Positions 13,401 through 28,370 of a stretch of DNA of 64,000 nucleotides are shown here, piece after piece. The DNA comes from Nageia nagi. Lineage: Eukaryota; Plantae; Pinophyta. A program made the position numbers and the translations under genes. The notes under the pieces are model-generated. The model worked only from the letters and a program-made list of their open reading frames with translations, was not told the DNA's origin and did not search any database. The DNA is taken from contig JBITNC010000001.1 in the NCBI GenBank assembly GCA_050084985.1, positions 118,668,001 through 118,732,000 on the forward strand, read 5' to 3'. Every line of letters begins with the position of its first letter. Within the stretch, counting starts at the first letter, position 1.

Positions 13401-13700
13401 GGATGAAGAAGAATAATGTAAAAAGAGAGAAGAAAAGGAAAGAAGAAGAAGAGGAGGAATCAATAGAAGTGTAAGAAGAAAAAGATACAGAGGTAACATG
13501 TGATGTAAATTAAATGAGAATATGAAGAGGTTGTATATTAGAGGCTCATGCACTAATTGGAGGAACATACATGAGTGGTTGATATGAAATAGTAGTCATA
13601 CATATGAGCTACACCATGTTGAATGAGATGATCGGCATACTCCTAATTATTTTTTGGAATGAGAAAGAATTATATTGAATTATCCTTAGATATATTAGAA
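10410..13700 (-). mobile_element. Degenerate Tat/Ogre Gypsy pol (RT, RNase H, start of aRH), host of the nested insertions
   Basis: ORF 12247-12513 contains IFHNYIHDIVQGFVDDFILKSK (RT YVDD region); KLVKTQIIVDH at ~10600 (Tat K.VKGQAIAD motif); LYFYMSK at ~10450 (aRH LYFDGS). Upstream boundary approximate. Confidence 0.75.
11175..12131. mobile_element. Non-coding TIR DNA transposon (MITE-like), copy 1
   Basis: TIR GGGTAAGTGCAAGAAGAT ... ATCTTCTTGCACTTACCC (18 bp perfect, extending imperfectly); flanks TAAA/TAAC; internal ~345-bp tandem duplication (~11455-11760 vs ~11800-12080); interrupts pol. Confidence 0.85.
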
Positions 13701-14099
13701 TATATATTTTATGATAGGGATAAAGAGTAAAAATTATCATCTTAGTCATCCTAAAAAAATTAAGAGTTTCTTAAAAAATCATGCATATGTGAAAAAATTA
13801 TCCGAAAGGTAAACTATGGAGGTAGATGACAAGGGATCCTTAAGTAATAACTTGATGCTTAAAGTTCATATACATGGTTCTAAATTGGATTCAATATAAG
13901 ATCATATAATATTTATTCTACTTATATAGGTTTCTCATATTGATTGTATCCTAAACTAGATTTATATTTAGAGAAGTGAATGATTTATCTTTAAAAATAA
14001 GTAATAAAGGCTATTATTGTTTCATTCATTGTATAATAAGGATACACTTTTTGCAAATAAAAACTATTCTATATCTATAATAAATTTAAAAGAATCACA

Positions 14100-15720
14100 T
14101 AAATATGTAAATAATGATATATAGTGATTCCTCTCAATGAGAGAGTAGTTCACTTTAACAAGATGATCTATTACTCTTAAGCAATGAATACTACAACAAT
14201 TGATAACTCTCCTCAATGGAAATATATTCTTACTCAAGGCCTACTCAAATTACTTTATTCAATAGAGAATCTAAATCTACAATGCTCACTATAGGAGACT
14301 GCTAAGATACAAGCTCTCAATATTCTATCTCATTGCTACATGAATTATGCTTACATGCATTTCTCCATATAAGACTGCAACCCAATGGCTATATTTATAG
14401 ATAGAATAACCCACTTTGATTGTTGGAAAATACCTAACCAATTTAATTGCACATTGGACTATAATATTACATAAATGGGATTTTGTTCCTTCTTAAACCT
14501 ATATATCTACATGATACATTTATTCTTATTTTAAATTAATAAGAACTTAAATATTCCCAAGTGAACATTACAATTATAGCACTCGCCCTTAAGTTTTACT
14601 TGGGGATAAGGATTGCAATTACAAATTTGTTCAATTAAAATTATCCCCACTAACATACAATTGGGGATGAGAATAAAAAAGCAATAAAACCTCTATTCAC
14701 TACTTCTAATTGAAAGTAATATTCACATCATCTTGTTGAATAGAGATCTTTAGAAAAGAGGAAACTTGATGTGAATTGCAAAAACCAAAGTTGCCAATTG
14801 AGCCTATAGATTAAGAATAAACAAGAATTAATTTTGAAATTAATGAGTAGAGAAATTAGTGCCAAAATAATTGAGTAAGATTATATATATTTTGCATTAT
14901 CATAAAACATATTGTTAAGCATGTTTATAAGAAGCCTAAATGGCTCATACAAAATATAATAGATTCTCCAATAGAATTACACATTCCCAACCATAGAGTT
15001 ACAAGGTGTATGATGCTTAATATGTCCTTATTAGCTAGAATTCAATATGAATATAACCTATAGTCTTTATTAGTAGCAACTTAGAATCCTCATTGAAGCT
15101 ATGAAATCATAAATTGATACTTTTTAAATAATGAAACTTTGAAATTAGTTCCTCCTCAAGTTAATAGGAATATTATTAGTAATAAATGGGTATTCAAAAC
15201 TAAGTATAACTCAAATAGGGATATAACTCAATATTATTACTAATAATGGGGTATTTAAAATATGAAAACCTATACTTTTGGAAACAAGGTGCTATGGTCA
15301 TATCAGTTTGAATTTGTTGCATCATTTATATTTTAAGATCAACCTCTAAAGTGGCTCCTAATATATGCTTCATTTTAGTAGATGCTTTTGTAATATTTGT
15401 AGAATAAAAAGAGACCATTGTATTTCTAGAAGTGATTTTCTATTATCTAGGAGTGATAAAGACCTAGTTAGAATATTGACCTTTGGATTTGATACTTTAT
15501 GGGTTGGTTCTTCATCTATTTGAGATCTTATATTATCTTTACTCAAGTTTTCTTCTTCTCTTATATTGTCTTCATCTTTCAAGTGATAATCAATTTTTGG
15601 ATCACTATCATACTATTCAAGATGATGCAACTTTCATACCCTCTCACTTTATCTTCTAGGTGCATTACAAGCATAGTTCTTTCTACCTCTTCCTTGGATG
15701 AATAATAGGACACTCAAAAG
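14100..15720. mobile_element. Scrambled Ty1/Copia fragments
   Basis: Plus strand ~15095-15225 reads EAMKS*IDTFLNNE..LVPPQVNRNIISNKWVFKTKYNS (start of Copia RT); LTR/PPT-like junction near 14575-14595 on the minus strand. Confidence 0.5.
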
Positions 15721-16949
15721 GAATCTAATTAGAAATTGTAAGTGTATCAATTTCTAAAACACTTGAAATACAATATCAATTCTATTAAAAACTATAAGGT
15801 TTTTGGCACAATTAGCCAAGGAAAAAGTAATGTATCAAAGGAAAGTTGGATTTAGCAATTGTTATAACTAAAATTATAAATTATTAAGGTTATTTAATTG
15901 TATTAAATTACAACTTATAAATTAAAAAATTTAGGAATAATAATCAAAGATGGTCAATTAACCTTAACCTATCAAACTTGGATTACATGAATATACAAAT
16001 TTGTTACTTTGTCTATAATAATATTTGTAATAAATAATTAATACAAAGAGGTCAATGAATAATCTTTCTTGCAAAATGGGATCACCAATCCATCCTTCAT
16101 AGAGCACTACCCCCTAACATCGAGAGTCCTTACTTGATGTTCCTTCCAAAAAACTTAAAGCCTTTATCATTGTAAAGGAATCCTCCTAAAGTATAAGGTT
16201 ATTATACATGATTAGAAAAACTATTGTAGGGATGTAGTATTTAGAGTATAATAAATCTAGATATGATGTGTGGGGTTTAGAAATATCGATCAATGGGACA
16301 TAGTACATTACCACCTATCAAGGATTCTAGATCATGTTAGTATTTCTCATGCACAACCATTCCACATTTATAGATAGTATATCTAGTGCCAAGGATCCTC
16401 CTTAGGCTTATGGTGCACAAGTTTCAAAGCTCCTCCTTTGTCTTATATTTGGGTCAACCTGTTATCATAAAAGGTAGTAAGTGTGCACAATAAAAGAGTA
16501 TTAAAGCACTTAAATAAATAAATCATTTAAAATACTAAAAGGTGTATTTTGATTAAATTAAAATTCCCTTTTAGGCATTAAAAATTTTCCTAGCTAAGAT
16601 CTTATATAGAGTTTGTCATTAACCTATGTGGCCTATTACAAATATGTGATCTAGTCTACAAGGTAAGTTAATAGATTTGATATATCTATTTATTATCTTA
16701 ATAGGTGGATTCAAATCTCTCTAATAAATATGATATCATTAATTTTATTATTATCATTAGTTATTATTTTTTATTTAGTTCATTAGGAATTTACGGGTGG
16801 GTGAGGATTTGGAGGAAAACACAATAGGTAGGTAGGGAGGCATGTGGGTTTATCAAGGGAATAAAATCCATCATTAATAGCATATATTTGGATGGTAGTG
16901 CATGAGGTAAGGCATAAGTAATAATGTTATGGACCTACCCAGTTGGGGG

Positions 16950-19900
16950 GCTATCCCCACTCTTCCTCATTTTTTGAAGTACAGAAAAAAATTATATGAA
17001 CTACATCCATTTGAGGATATTGGTCGAAGTCTAGAAAGTTGAATTTAATAAAGGAATGTCATCATTATAGTTTCAGATGAACCTTATAGAAGAATATGCA
17101 AGTTTATGAAAAAAACCCTTTTTGGAAAATTTATGGGAACTAGACAAATCCTAGAAAATATTAGGAAATAGTTTAAAACTATTTAAAATATAAAAGGGGA
17201 TGTGAATATGGTAACCCTTCCATGTGACTTTCTTATCTTTAACTTTGATCTAGAAGAGTATCTATAATGGGTTATGGAAAATGGACCATGGTGGTATGAT
17301 AAAAATTGACTACATCTTAAGAAATGGTATGAAGATTTTAATCTAGAGAAGGAGTCCTTTTCCAAAATACCCATATGGATATCTTTATCAAAGTTACCAT
17401 TGGATTTTTTATTTGAGACAATTGTGGGTATTGCTTCCACAATAGGAGAGCTTATATGCATGAATAGAAACACTAGATTGGGATAGACCTTTCAAATGAC
17501 CAAGTTCTATGCAAATGTTGACATATCAAAGCCAATGAATACTAGGATATGCCTAAGGAATAAAAATGTACACTATTAAGAGATTTCCTTTGACATTCCA
17601 TCAATAATTTATGTGACTTGTAGTAGATATGGGAACATGGAAATGGATTTCCCAACCAAGGCCAAACAATAAAACCCTCAAGGTGAAGGGCTCAACAAGA
17701 ATAATAGGAGTAATGGGAGAACATGGAGGCCATCATGAGACCAATTTCAAGAAAGAAAAAAACATATATGACTAATGGAAATAATATCCAAAATAAAGGG
17801 TAAAAATATTGTTGGAAATTAAGGAATACTTGGAGAAGGATCCTTGAAGCAAATATCTATCATTAGAGATGACAACAAAATAAGAAATGTCATTGAAAAT
17901 GATATACTAAAAGGTATACAAAAATAAGACTCACTAGTAGAGGGTAACAGATATGTAGTGCTTCTAGACAAGATACAAGATGAAGGAGTTTTGTTATCTC
18001 AAATACAAGAAACACAAGATGTGATAGGAGGATAGAGAATAAAAGAAATAAATGAAAAATTAGGTAACACAAATCTAGTTATAGATGGAAATGATCTTGA
18101 TGGGGAAGAGTCAGAGAAAATAATATATGAAGAAAATGAAGAAGAGGAGGGAGATGATGAGGAAAATGACTATGAGGAGGAAATAAATCTTGATGAGATA
18201 GAAGAAAAGGAGCTAAATGGTGAAAATATAGATAATGAAGCTTTAAGAAATGGGGTAGAAATGGAATATTAGAGAAGAAACTAGAAGACAAATAATAATA
18301 ATAGAGCCCAAACTAAACCTCAAAGTATAAAAGAACTAAAAATGATGAGGATAATGACAAACTTAGCAAAGGATGGGAAAAGAGGAAACCAATCAGCAAA
18401 TAAAGGAGGTAAGAAGGTAAAAAATGCTCAGGAATATAGTGGAGGAAAAAAGTACAAATGATGTAGATTATATGCTAGAATATCTAGGGATACAATCTAC
18501 TTGGGAAAAAAAGATAGAGTGAGATTTACTAAGGGAGAGAAAGCCATATATTCTCATGATCCAAGGAAAAAAATTTAATCATAAGAAAATAAAAAAAATT
18601 AGTACTAGGATATGAAAGGAAGCAAAGTGTGAAGAGATAGGATCTATCAGAAAGGATGGAGGTATGTTGATTCTTTAGGATCTAATGAAGATAGATGTTG
18701 ATAGAATCTGATGCCCATTAAATAGATGGATGTACTTAAAGATTACATGTAATTCCATAAACATTTTATTTTTTATATCAAATATATATACCCCAAATAT
18801 TATTGCTAGTGGAATAAACTTTTGGAACTTTTTATCAAATCATAGAATTTCATTTCAAAAATTGCCTTAGCTGATTGGAGGGGATTTTAATACCCCTATG
18901 AATGTGGAGGAAAAATATGGAGGATGAATAAATATGACTACAAGTATGAAAGATATTAGAAGCTTCTTATATAATAATGAACTTATTGATCTTACTCTTA
19001 AGGGAAATAGATATACCTGGTCACCTAGGAGAATTGGAAAGGGTTTTATCCAAAGGAGATTAGATAGAATGGTGGTTACTCATGACTAGATTGATCACTA
19101 TCAAAATTCCACTCTTACCTCCTTGCCTAGAATTTCCTCATATCATAGGCCAATAATTCTTAAATTGAAAAAAATTAGAAAGAAACACTCTTTGTTTAAG
19201 TTTGAAAATATGTGGATGACCCATGAGTACTTTAAAGATAGGTTATTAGAGTGGTGGAAGGTTAAAGTGGTAGGGGCAATAATGTTTAGACTCATCAAAA
19301 AATTGGATGAAGTCAAGATGAATATGAAAATCTAGAATAAAAAAGTGTTTAAGAATGTTCACTATAGAAAAACAAAGATGAAAGAGAGAATGGAAGACAT
19401 GGAATAAGAAATTACAAGGATAGGAAGAATGAGTGACTTGGATAAGGATGAATGAAGCTTTCAGTGGAATATTATAATACTTTAGCCCAAAAAGAACATA
19501 TGTAGAAAAAAAAATCTAGAGTAGCTTGGCTGGAAGGAGGAGACAAAAACATATATATATTTTTTTAAATAACCACTATGAGATGAAGAATTTTTGATAT
19601 AATTAATGAAATCTAAAAGGCTGATGGAAACATGAAAGTTGAGGAATCTAAAATAAAGTGGGAGGTAATGGAATTTTAGAAGGTCCTCCTTTTTATTGAT
19701 CAAAGGAATACCCCAAAGGTTAGAGAAATAGTCTTTCAAAATATTCCAAAATTAATAATAGACCAACATAATGAAGTACTACAGGAATAGGTTATTGAAG
19801 AAGAAGTTAAGGATGCAATCTTTCTTATGGAACTAGATAAGGCTTTAGGTTTGGATGGATTTCCAAGTAGGTTCTATTAGAAAAATTGGGAGATTGTATG

Positions 19901-22076
19901 AAAGGATGTTTGGCATGTTGTTAAAGAATTCTTCAAAAAAGAAAAGTTGTTGAAGCAATGTAATACTTCTTTTCAAATCCTTGTTCCTAAAATGCAAGAA
20001 GCTAAATATTTTAGAGAGTATATACCTATCAACCTCTATAATGTTATGTATAAGATAATCACTAAAATTTTAGCTAATAGACTCAAACCAATTTTTTTAG
20101 ATATCATATCTATCGAATAAGATGGATTTGTTAAAGAGAGATAGATTGTAGATGGTATTATTTAGATGCATGAAGTGATATATTCATATTTATAAAAAAA
20201 GACTCCAATTATGCTAGTAAAGCTAGATGTGGGAAAAAATATATAATAGATTAAGTTGGATCTTTCTTGACATGATGATGGAAAAGTTTGGGTTTGGAGA
20301 AACATGGATAAAGTGGATAAGATAATGTATATAAAATTTGATATTCTTGATGATTATAAATGGGGAAGTTACAAAATTATTTAATTCCCAAAGTGGTCTT
20401 AGGAAGAGAGATCTGATATCACCCTATCTTTTTATTATAATGGTGGAAGCTTTGGGATCTATGATCAAGTAGGCCTACATAAATCAACTATTAAAAGGAT
20501 TCATTCCTACTCCAAATTATGATCCAACAACCCATCACCAATTTATTGACAATAGAATATTTGTTGGAAGTATAGAGAGGAAAGAAGATTCAAATTTTAA
20601 GAAGATTCTTAACTTCTATGAGTGGGCTTCACATTAGAAAACTAACATCTAGAAAATGAAAATATACTTTCTCAATTGCTCAAAGATGGTTACAAAATAA
20701 ATAATGAAATATTTCAATAAGATATTTGGGGATGCCCTTGTATATGGGTAGGCTAAAAGCCCAATAATGAGATAATCTAGTGCAAAAGATCCAAAATAAG
20801 CTCACAAGGTGGAAGGAGAAAACCTTACTTATGTGAGAAAACTTATCCTTATTAAAATAGATTTTCAAACCTCCATATTTACTTGGCCATGGCTTTCAAT
20901 ATTCCAATAACCATTTGTGATAGGATTGATTAAATATATAGTAGATTCTTGTGGTCAAGGGAAGAAAAAAATGAAATATGTCTCTTGTAGTTTGGAACTT
21001 AGTATGTATTGAGAAAATATTTAGAGGTCTTGGTTTGAGAAAAATGAAGCATGTAAGTTAGGTGTTAAGAGGGATATTGATATAGTAAATGTTTCAAAGG
21101 GAATAAAGAGAATGGATACACATATGTAAAAAAAAATACTTGATGTACCAAGATATTATTCTAATTTAGAACCCCCCTTATGGATCATCCTTCTATAATG
21201 ATCTCATCTTATCTAGATCCATTATCACAAATGAAATTAAATGGATACTTGGAAAGGGAAAAGAAGTCCACATGTGGGAAGATGTTTGGATTAAAGAAAA
21301 AAATTTAACTCACATAAAAAATTACAAAGACGGAGATGAATGGGCCTTAAGAAATTAGGAAGCCACTATGGATAAGTATTATGATAATTCCATAAATAGA
21401 TGGAAAATATATCTACCCAATCTAGGCAAAATCATGAGCTCAATGATTCTAATGTTACTTTCAATAATGAGGTGGGAATACCCTTCTAGAGGAATAGATC
21501 ATATTATCAGTACAAAATAAGAGATGTAATTAAAACCTTGATAGGGAGTGTTGAAAATAAAGAGGAGATAATAATATGGAATGAAGTCTCGAAGTCTAAA
21601 ATCATACTGAAAATTACCTTTTTCCTATGGCTCATAGTTACAAATAGGATGATGATAATAAATAACCTAATGATGAGAGGAATTATCCTAACTAATATAT
21701 GTGTCCTTTTCTAGAAAAAGGAATAAGATGTAATGCATATCCTTTTAAACTATGAATACTCTAATAGCATATGGAATATGCTAAGCAGTAAGATGAAGAT
21801 CAAATGGGTCAAACCAAATACTATTGAGAAGTGTTTAAATCATTGTTCTTTGAGTAAGGGGGCTAAAGAATTTGAGAAATTTTGGTTTATGGTGATAGCC
21901 CACATGTGGTGGCAAATATGGAAACATTGGAATCAAATAATCTTTGAAGATAAACAAAATAAAGCAAAAGAAGTGTTTAGGATTGGCATCTACAGAGCTT
22001 TGGAAAATATTAAATAGGTTCATGAAATTAACCACTTACCAAAGCCATTCTATTTCCTCTTTAATTATGATGATTA
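16950..22076 (+). mobile_element. Degenerate L1-type LINE (ORF1 with DUF4283-like domain and Zn knuckle; ORF2 endonuclease-RT-Zn finger)
   Basis: ORF1 motifs GKFMG..ENGPWW..IPIWISLSKLPL (~17125-17400); endonuclease LIGGDFN (~18870) and SYHRPI (19138); FKFENMW; RT motifs ~19830-20550; HMWWQIWKHWNQIIFE (~21900-21950). Confidence 0.85.
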
Positions 22077-23826
22077 TGTTGAACTACATGTTACACTAAG
22101 AATGGGGGTGAATAAGTGTCTCTAACTTTAAAACTTCAAATCCAAAAACTTTAAAAAATGCATAAGGAAGATAAAACTAAATAGAGAAAAAACATAAGAG
22201 AACATCATAAAACATAAGATATAACAAGGTTCACCAATGTGGCTACATCCCTAAATAAGACTACTTGGAATCCAATCCAAATCCAACCATTATAAAGCAC
22301 TAACTTTACACATAATTTACCAACACCAACTAGAAGGATCAGCAACACCTATGTTCTATAGCACCAACTACAAGGAGCACCAACACCTCTTGCCAAGCAC
22401 CCACTTGATAGATTCAATAAGATAAGATGAAGGATTAATAACTAATTACTCAAGACCCATAATGGTCTAGCTCAAAACACTTCTACACAAAACCATAATC
22501 AGAATCTATCTCTTCAATATTTTCTTCTCATTCCAAAATTCACCACACCCTTCTATAGCTTCAACCTTTTTATTCATCCTCACTCACTCTTCACACTTGT
22601 TAGCTAAAAAAACCCAAAATAAACCAAGAAACTATTCTTGAAACCATTGTAAAGATTGTCATTATTCAAATCAAGAAAACATTTCACATTCTAGTTCAAC
22701 ACTGATATGATATTTCACACACATTTATAACACTCAATACTTATAGGACTATAAAGAAATCATTCATTGTAGACACATCCATTACTCACACATACTTCAC
22801 ATATTACTCAAAATCATACTACATTGCTAATACACAAACCCAAAAAAAATTGAATATTGCAAATCTAGTACATGATAATACATCGATTGCACTTATAATG
22901 TGTGTTCCAAGTCCATATGGCACAAAATGGTATTACAATTTCTTTATAGATAATCAATCATCTCTAAAAGCCTATATTTATATTTGATATCACTAAGACT
23001 CTCCAAACTCAATTGGAAGTGTAATATATTTTGACAATAAATAAAAACATATACTCAAAAATCATAATAAGCATTTTGTCAAATATTTCATTGCCAAATT
23101 TGGGTTCAACACTTAGCCAAAATTTATGTCTTGTCATTTTGTCAAACACTTACTAGGCATCCTTGTTCATTGACTTGTAGACCTTGGATTAAGATGAACC
23201 AAAAAGTAAATTTATGAGATTTTTCATGTTTATTGTAAATATACAACCAAAAATCAAATTCTCAACTCAAACTCATGAAATACCTCTTTTTCTTTGCTAT
23301 CCCAAAAAGTGCACCAAACTATAAAAAGTTACTAAGTGGCATTTTGTAGCTTGCACCATTTCTACCTTGGTCATCATCTTGCTATAAAATTTGGACCACA
23401 TATTCTAGGTGTATAGTACTATAAATTATTTAAATTTTAGCATCTACATCAACACCTTTTGCTCATAATTTGACTTGCATGGAGTTAATTTCACCCAAAT
23501 TTTTGACTATTCAAAAATCCATAGGTGTGCCCAAAAAAGAACCAACATGAAATTTGACCATTTCAATGCTACACATAGTTTTTTTTTCAATCCAACAACT
23601 TATCCAATCCATCTATAGCTATCCATCACCTTCCATTTGCATTTTGGCCCTCTAGACAACCTTTGGTACCTCATGACAACTTTTGGTCCTTTTGTCATTT
23701 TTACATTTAACAACTTTGTAAATCTTGTTGATGTAATTTCTTTGACATGTGCAATAATGTGAACCATATGCAAACTAATTTCATCATGTTGACAATAATG
23801 ACAACACTGCTGCACTATACTCAACA
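22077..23826 (-). repeat. 3' LTR of Copia
   Basis: TGTTGAACTAC...CTCAACA; collinear with 28371-30067. Confidence 0.93.
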
Positions 23827-26800
23827 ATCTCTCCCTTTGGAATTATTGGCAACACATATGCAAAAACTTGTTACTCTTCTCCCCCTTTGACATAAAATAC
23901 AAAGGGATGCCTTGGACTCCCCCTGATTCCATATACACAATACTCAGGTGTCTATTAGTATATAATAAAACATAATTGTATAGGAGGAAAAAGATAATAA
24001 AGTACAAAATTACTCCCTTAGACTCTCCTTTACATACTTGATTTACAAAATAAAAATACCATTCTTTAATTGATTAACTTGCAAACCAAGAAAATATGAA
24101 AGTTCACCTATCATTAACATCTCAAACTCTATTTGCATTTGGTTAGCAAATTATTTGTATATTTCATCCTTACTATCTCCAAAAATAATATCATCTACAT
24201 AAACCATAATGATTACTTGATGATTATTTTTAGATTTGATATAGATATTACTATCCACAATACCTTTTTTGAAACACTACTGATGAAGATATGCATCAAG
24301 CCTAGAGTACCATGCCTAAGGTGCCTATTTTATACCATAAAGTACCTTTTTTAAATTACACATAAAATCTAGGTTCTCACTTATTTGAAATCCATCTGAT
24401 TGCTCAATATAGACTTCCTCCTCAAGCTTTCCATTCAAAAATATTGATTTTACATCCATCTAATAAACCTTGAAGTTCTTGTACTCAACCAAAGCAAGAA
24501 ACATGTGAATAGCCTCTAATCTAGCCATAGGAGCAAATATTTCTTCAAAATCAATACCTTTGACCTAAGCATACCCTTGGCAAACCAACCTTGCTTTATT
24601 TCTTATTACTTTCCCATCTTCATTAAGCTTATTACAAAAATCCCACTTGGTGCCAATGACATTTTTGTTCTTAGGTCTTGGTACCAACTCCCAAGTCTGA
24701 TTCTTTTCAATTTGGTCTAACTCCTCATCCATTTCCTTGATCCAACTCACATCTTAACTCACCTTTGTAACATTCTTTGGTTCTATAACTAACGTAAGGG
24801 AATATGTTCTTATTATTCTTCTCCTTATTTGAACTCTAGTATTAGGATCTTCAATTATTTTATCACTTGGATGATCCTTTTTCCATTTACTTGTTTTGTG
24901 TTTTTGATTTTTTTCCTTTTTTGAATCATTATGTGAGTTACCAAAACAATTCTTTGTTTGATTTTTTGGTTGTTCCTCTACCTCATCTATTTGAATGTAT
25001 TCCAAAAAAATTTTATCATTGCCTTTTGGAGGTACTCTTATTTCATCAATCTTAACATTTGTACACTCAACAATTTTTTTGAGTCTTTTGTTGTTACACT
25101 TGTAAGCTTTGTTTTTTATTGAGTAACCAAGGAATATACCTTTATTCACTCTATTATCAAACTTGCCTCAGTTTTCTTCTATCCTCTTGATGTAGAACTT
25201 ACTTCCAAATACTTTAAAATATCTTATTGATGCCTTTTTTCTAAACCATAGTTCTTAGGGTGTCTTATTCTCATGGGGCCTTAAGATACAAATGTTTTGA
25301 ATATAAACCATCATGTGGACTGCTTCTTTCCAAAACCTATAAGCTATGTTACTTTCTATCAACATTATTCATGCCATTTCTTGAACTGGCCTATTTTTCA
25401 TTTCCACCACATCATTTTGTTGAGGTATCCTTCCTACAAACAATTATCTCTTAATACCATACTTGTGATAGAATTTATTAAAATCATCTAAAATGAACTC
25501 ACCTTCTTTATTTGATCCCAAATATTTGGTCCTCTTTCCAACCTAAATTTCTGCTAGATTCTTGAAGGTATCAAAGTTTTCAAGTGCTTCTGACTTGTGT
25601 TTCAAGAATAATATCCATGTCATCCTAGAATAATCATCTATGAAGTACTTATCTTCATTTATACTTTATGTGCCCATAGGACCACACAAATTAGTATGAA
25701 TAAGCTCTAATGGTTTGCTAGAATAATATTTTTTTGTCTTGAAAGTGGGTCTAGTGAATTTACCCTTTTGACATGAGGAACAAATATTATTTGGTGGTTT
25801 TCTAATACTTGGTATATATTGAATTATTCCCTTTGAATTGATTTTGACTAAGTTATGAAAGTTTATGTGTCCAAGTCTCTTATGCCAAAGCCAATTTTCA
25901 TACTTCTTTTTGAGTATACATGATCCATTTGAAGTCTCTATCAATTTATATAGATTTTCAAATGTCCTTATGCCAACTACAACTAACCTACCATTGTTTG
26001 ATTTTCTAATTTCACATCCATATTTCTTGAATATTACATCATGTATTCTATCACAAATTTGATTGATACTTAACAACCTATGTTTCAATCCAATCACAAA
26101 TAATACTTCCTTAGACCTAATCTTTCCATCATTAATCTTAAATATGCCTTTATCGATAATATTTACCCCATCATTGTTGCCAAATTTTATTGAACCCCCT
26201 TCATGTTGTTATAGTTTCTCAAATCTCCTTTTATCCCTAGTCATATGGCTAGAGCAACCACTATCTAGTATCCATGAAGTTGGTTTGTTCTCTACTTTAA
26301 GAGCTATTTGTACTATCAAAGATTCTTTTTCTTCTTTTAGTTGCTTCTTCTCTTTCCATACCTTCTTAACACCTATTTTGGATTCATGTATTGTCTCTTC
26401 CTATTTGGATTGTTGTACCTATCTCTTTGGAAATTTTTTATTTTATCTCATACCCTATGATTGAAAAAATCTTCACTAAAATTGATTTGAGAAGAATGTA
26501 CTCCTATATTTTCTTGCAATGTAACCATAGTTGTGATAATTATAACATTCTACAACATAATCCATCAATGGTGAAAATATATTCCTACTTGAGAAGTTTC
26601 TTAGACCTATGTTATAGATACTTGCATTCAAATATTCTACATTCATATCCATTGCACTTAAAATAATAACTAAAAAAGGATTGAATGAACCTAGGTTGTT
26701 GACTTTACCATTTTACAATAGGTGCTAGATATATTCTTCTCCTTTGATGTCCAACATTTGTGAATCCATCATTATCCATATAGCTATCATTTCTAGTAGT

Positions 26801-28357
26801 ATTATTTTGCCTTGCATAAGATAGTTTTTCTTGATTGATTGGTTTCTTTTCTTGATTTCTGATTTTTCATTTGCATCTTTGGAAGTTTATCCTTCTTCAA
26901 AACCCAGACTAAATTTAATATTTGATGATGTTTGGCTATTCAACATTTCATATAGCTCTAAATATCCTCCCTCAAGTTTATGATACCCACTAATATTATG
27001 ACTCATCTCTTCAAGTTGAAGACTCAACCCTATAATCTCTAATTCCAATTTGCTATAGTACTCAACTTTGGTAGTGAGTTGTTCTTCAAGATCCTCAATT
27101 GTTTTTTACATTTATTATACTTGTACTTTTAATCTTATGATGATTTCATTTAGATCATAAAGTTTTTGAGAAGTTTTCCTATGCCTTTTTCATTCTATCT
27201 CTAATTCTTCTAGAGCTATAATTAGTTCTCCTTCCAGATTGACTTTTGCTTCAACTTCTTCATCATCAATTTTTGCTTCCAATTTTTATTTTATTTTCTA
27301 TTTTTCCTCTTCAAATGCCATGAAGAGAGCTTCACCAACCTCTTCTTCTAAATCTTCATTTGAGTTGGCTCATGATGAATTAATGTTCTTAGAAATAAAG
27401 TTTTTCTTATTGAAATTACCTTTTTGAAGTTTGATTTTATATTCCAACCACTTCTCTCTCTATATGAATTTTCATCATCTTTATTCTTCTTATTATGTGA
27501 ACATTTCACTATAAAATTCCCTACACCTCCATAATTAAAATATTTAAATGGTAACTTTCCATTATATTTAGCTTTTTTTCCTTTCTTTAATTTACAAAGT
27601 TCACTTCCAATTCATCAGATGTCTTTTCTTCATCAAATTTTGGCATTGCTTTTATTTTCTTCTTTACCTTAAAGGTAGCTTCCCTATCAATAGCTTTTCC
27701 CTTTCCTATCATAATTTCATAGGTAGTTAGAGAACCATGTATTTCATCCATATTAAAAGTATTTAAATCTTTTGCTTCTTCTATTGCAGAAACTTTTGAA
27801 TCAAATCTTTGGGGAAGTGAGCATAATGCCTTTTTCACAATGATCGAGTCTTCAATCTTTTCTTCAAGGCCTTTAATCTCATTGATCACTTCATTGACCC
27901 TTAGCATGTATGCTTCTATGCTTTCATCTCCATTAATCTTTAAGCTCTCAAACTATGCTCAATGAGTTTGAAGCTTAACCTCATTTATCTTCACATCTCC
28001 CTCATGAATGCTTTTCAATTTATCCCATATTTCCTTTATTGACTCTCAATTCAACACTTTTACTAGCTCGTTATTCACCAATCCACACATGATGGCATTC
28101 TTGGCCTTAGAGTTATTTTCATATGTGTTCTTATTTGTTGCATATATAATAGGTGTGGAAGGTGTAGTATAGCCATTTTTTATGCCCTCCCAAATCTTGT
28201 ATCCCAAAGCACTAAGATAAATTTGCATATTGAGTTTCCAAAAAGAATAGTTAGTGCTATCAAATAATGGAGCTTTATTTGAAGAGAATTCTTCACCTAA
28301 AGCCATTATGTCACATCCAAGATCTCCCTATATAATTAAGTCAAAATAGAAACCTTA

Positions 28358-28368
28358 CTCTGATACCA
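28358..28368 (-). other. PBS (initiator Met tRNA)
   Basis: Plus CTCTGATACCA equals minus TGGTATCAGAG, adjacent to the 5' LTR. Confidence 0.9.
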
Positions 28369-28370
28369 AT

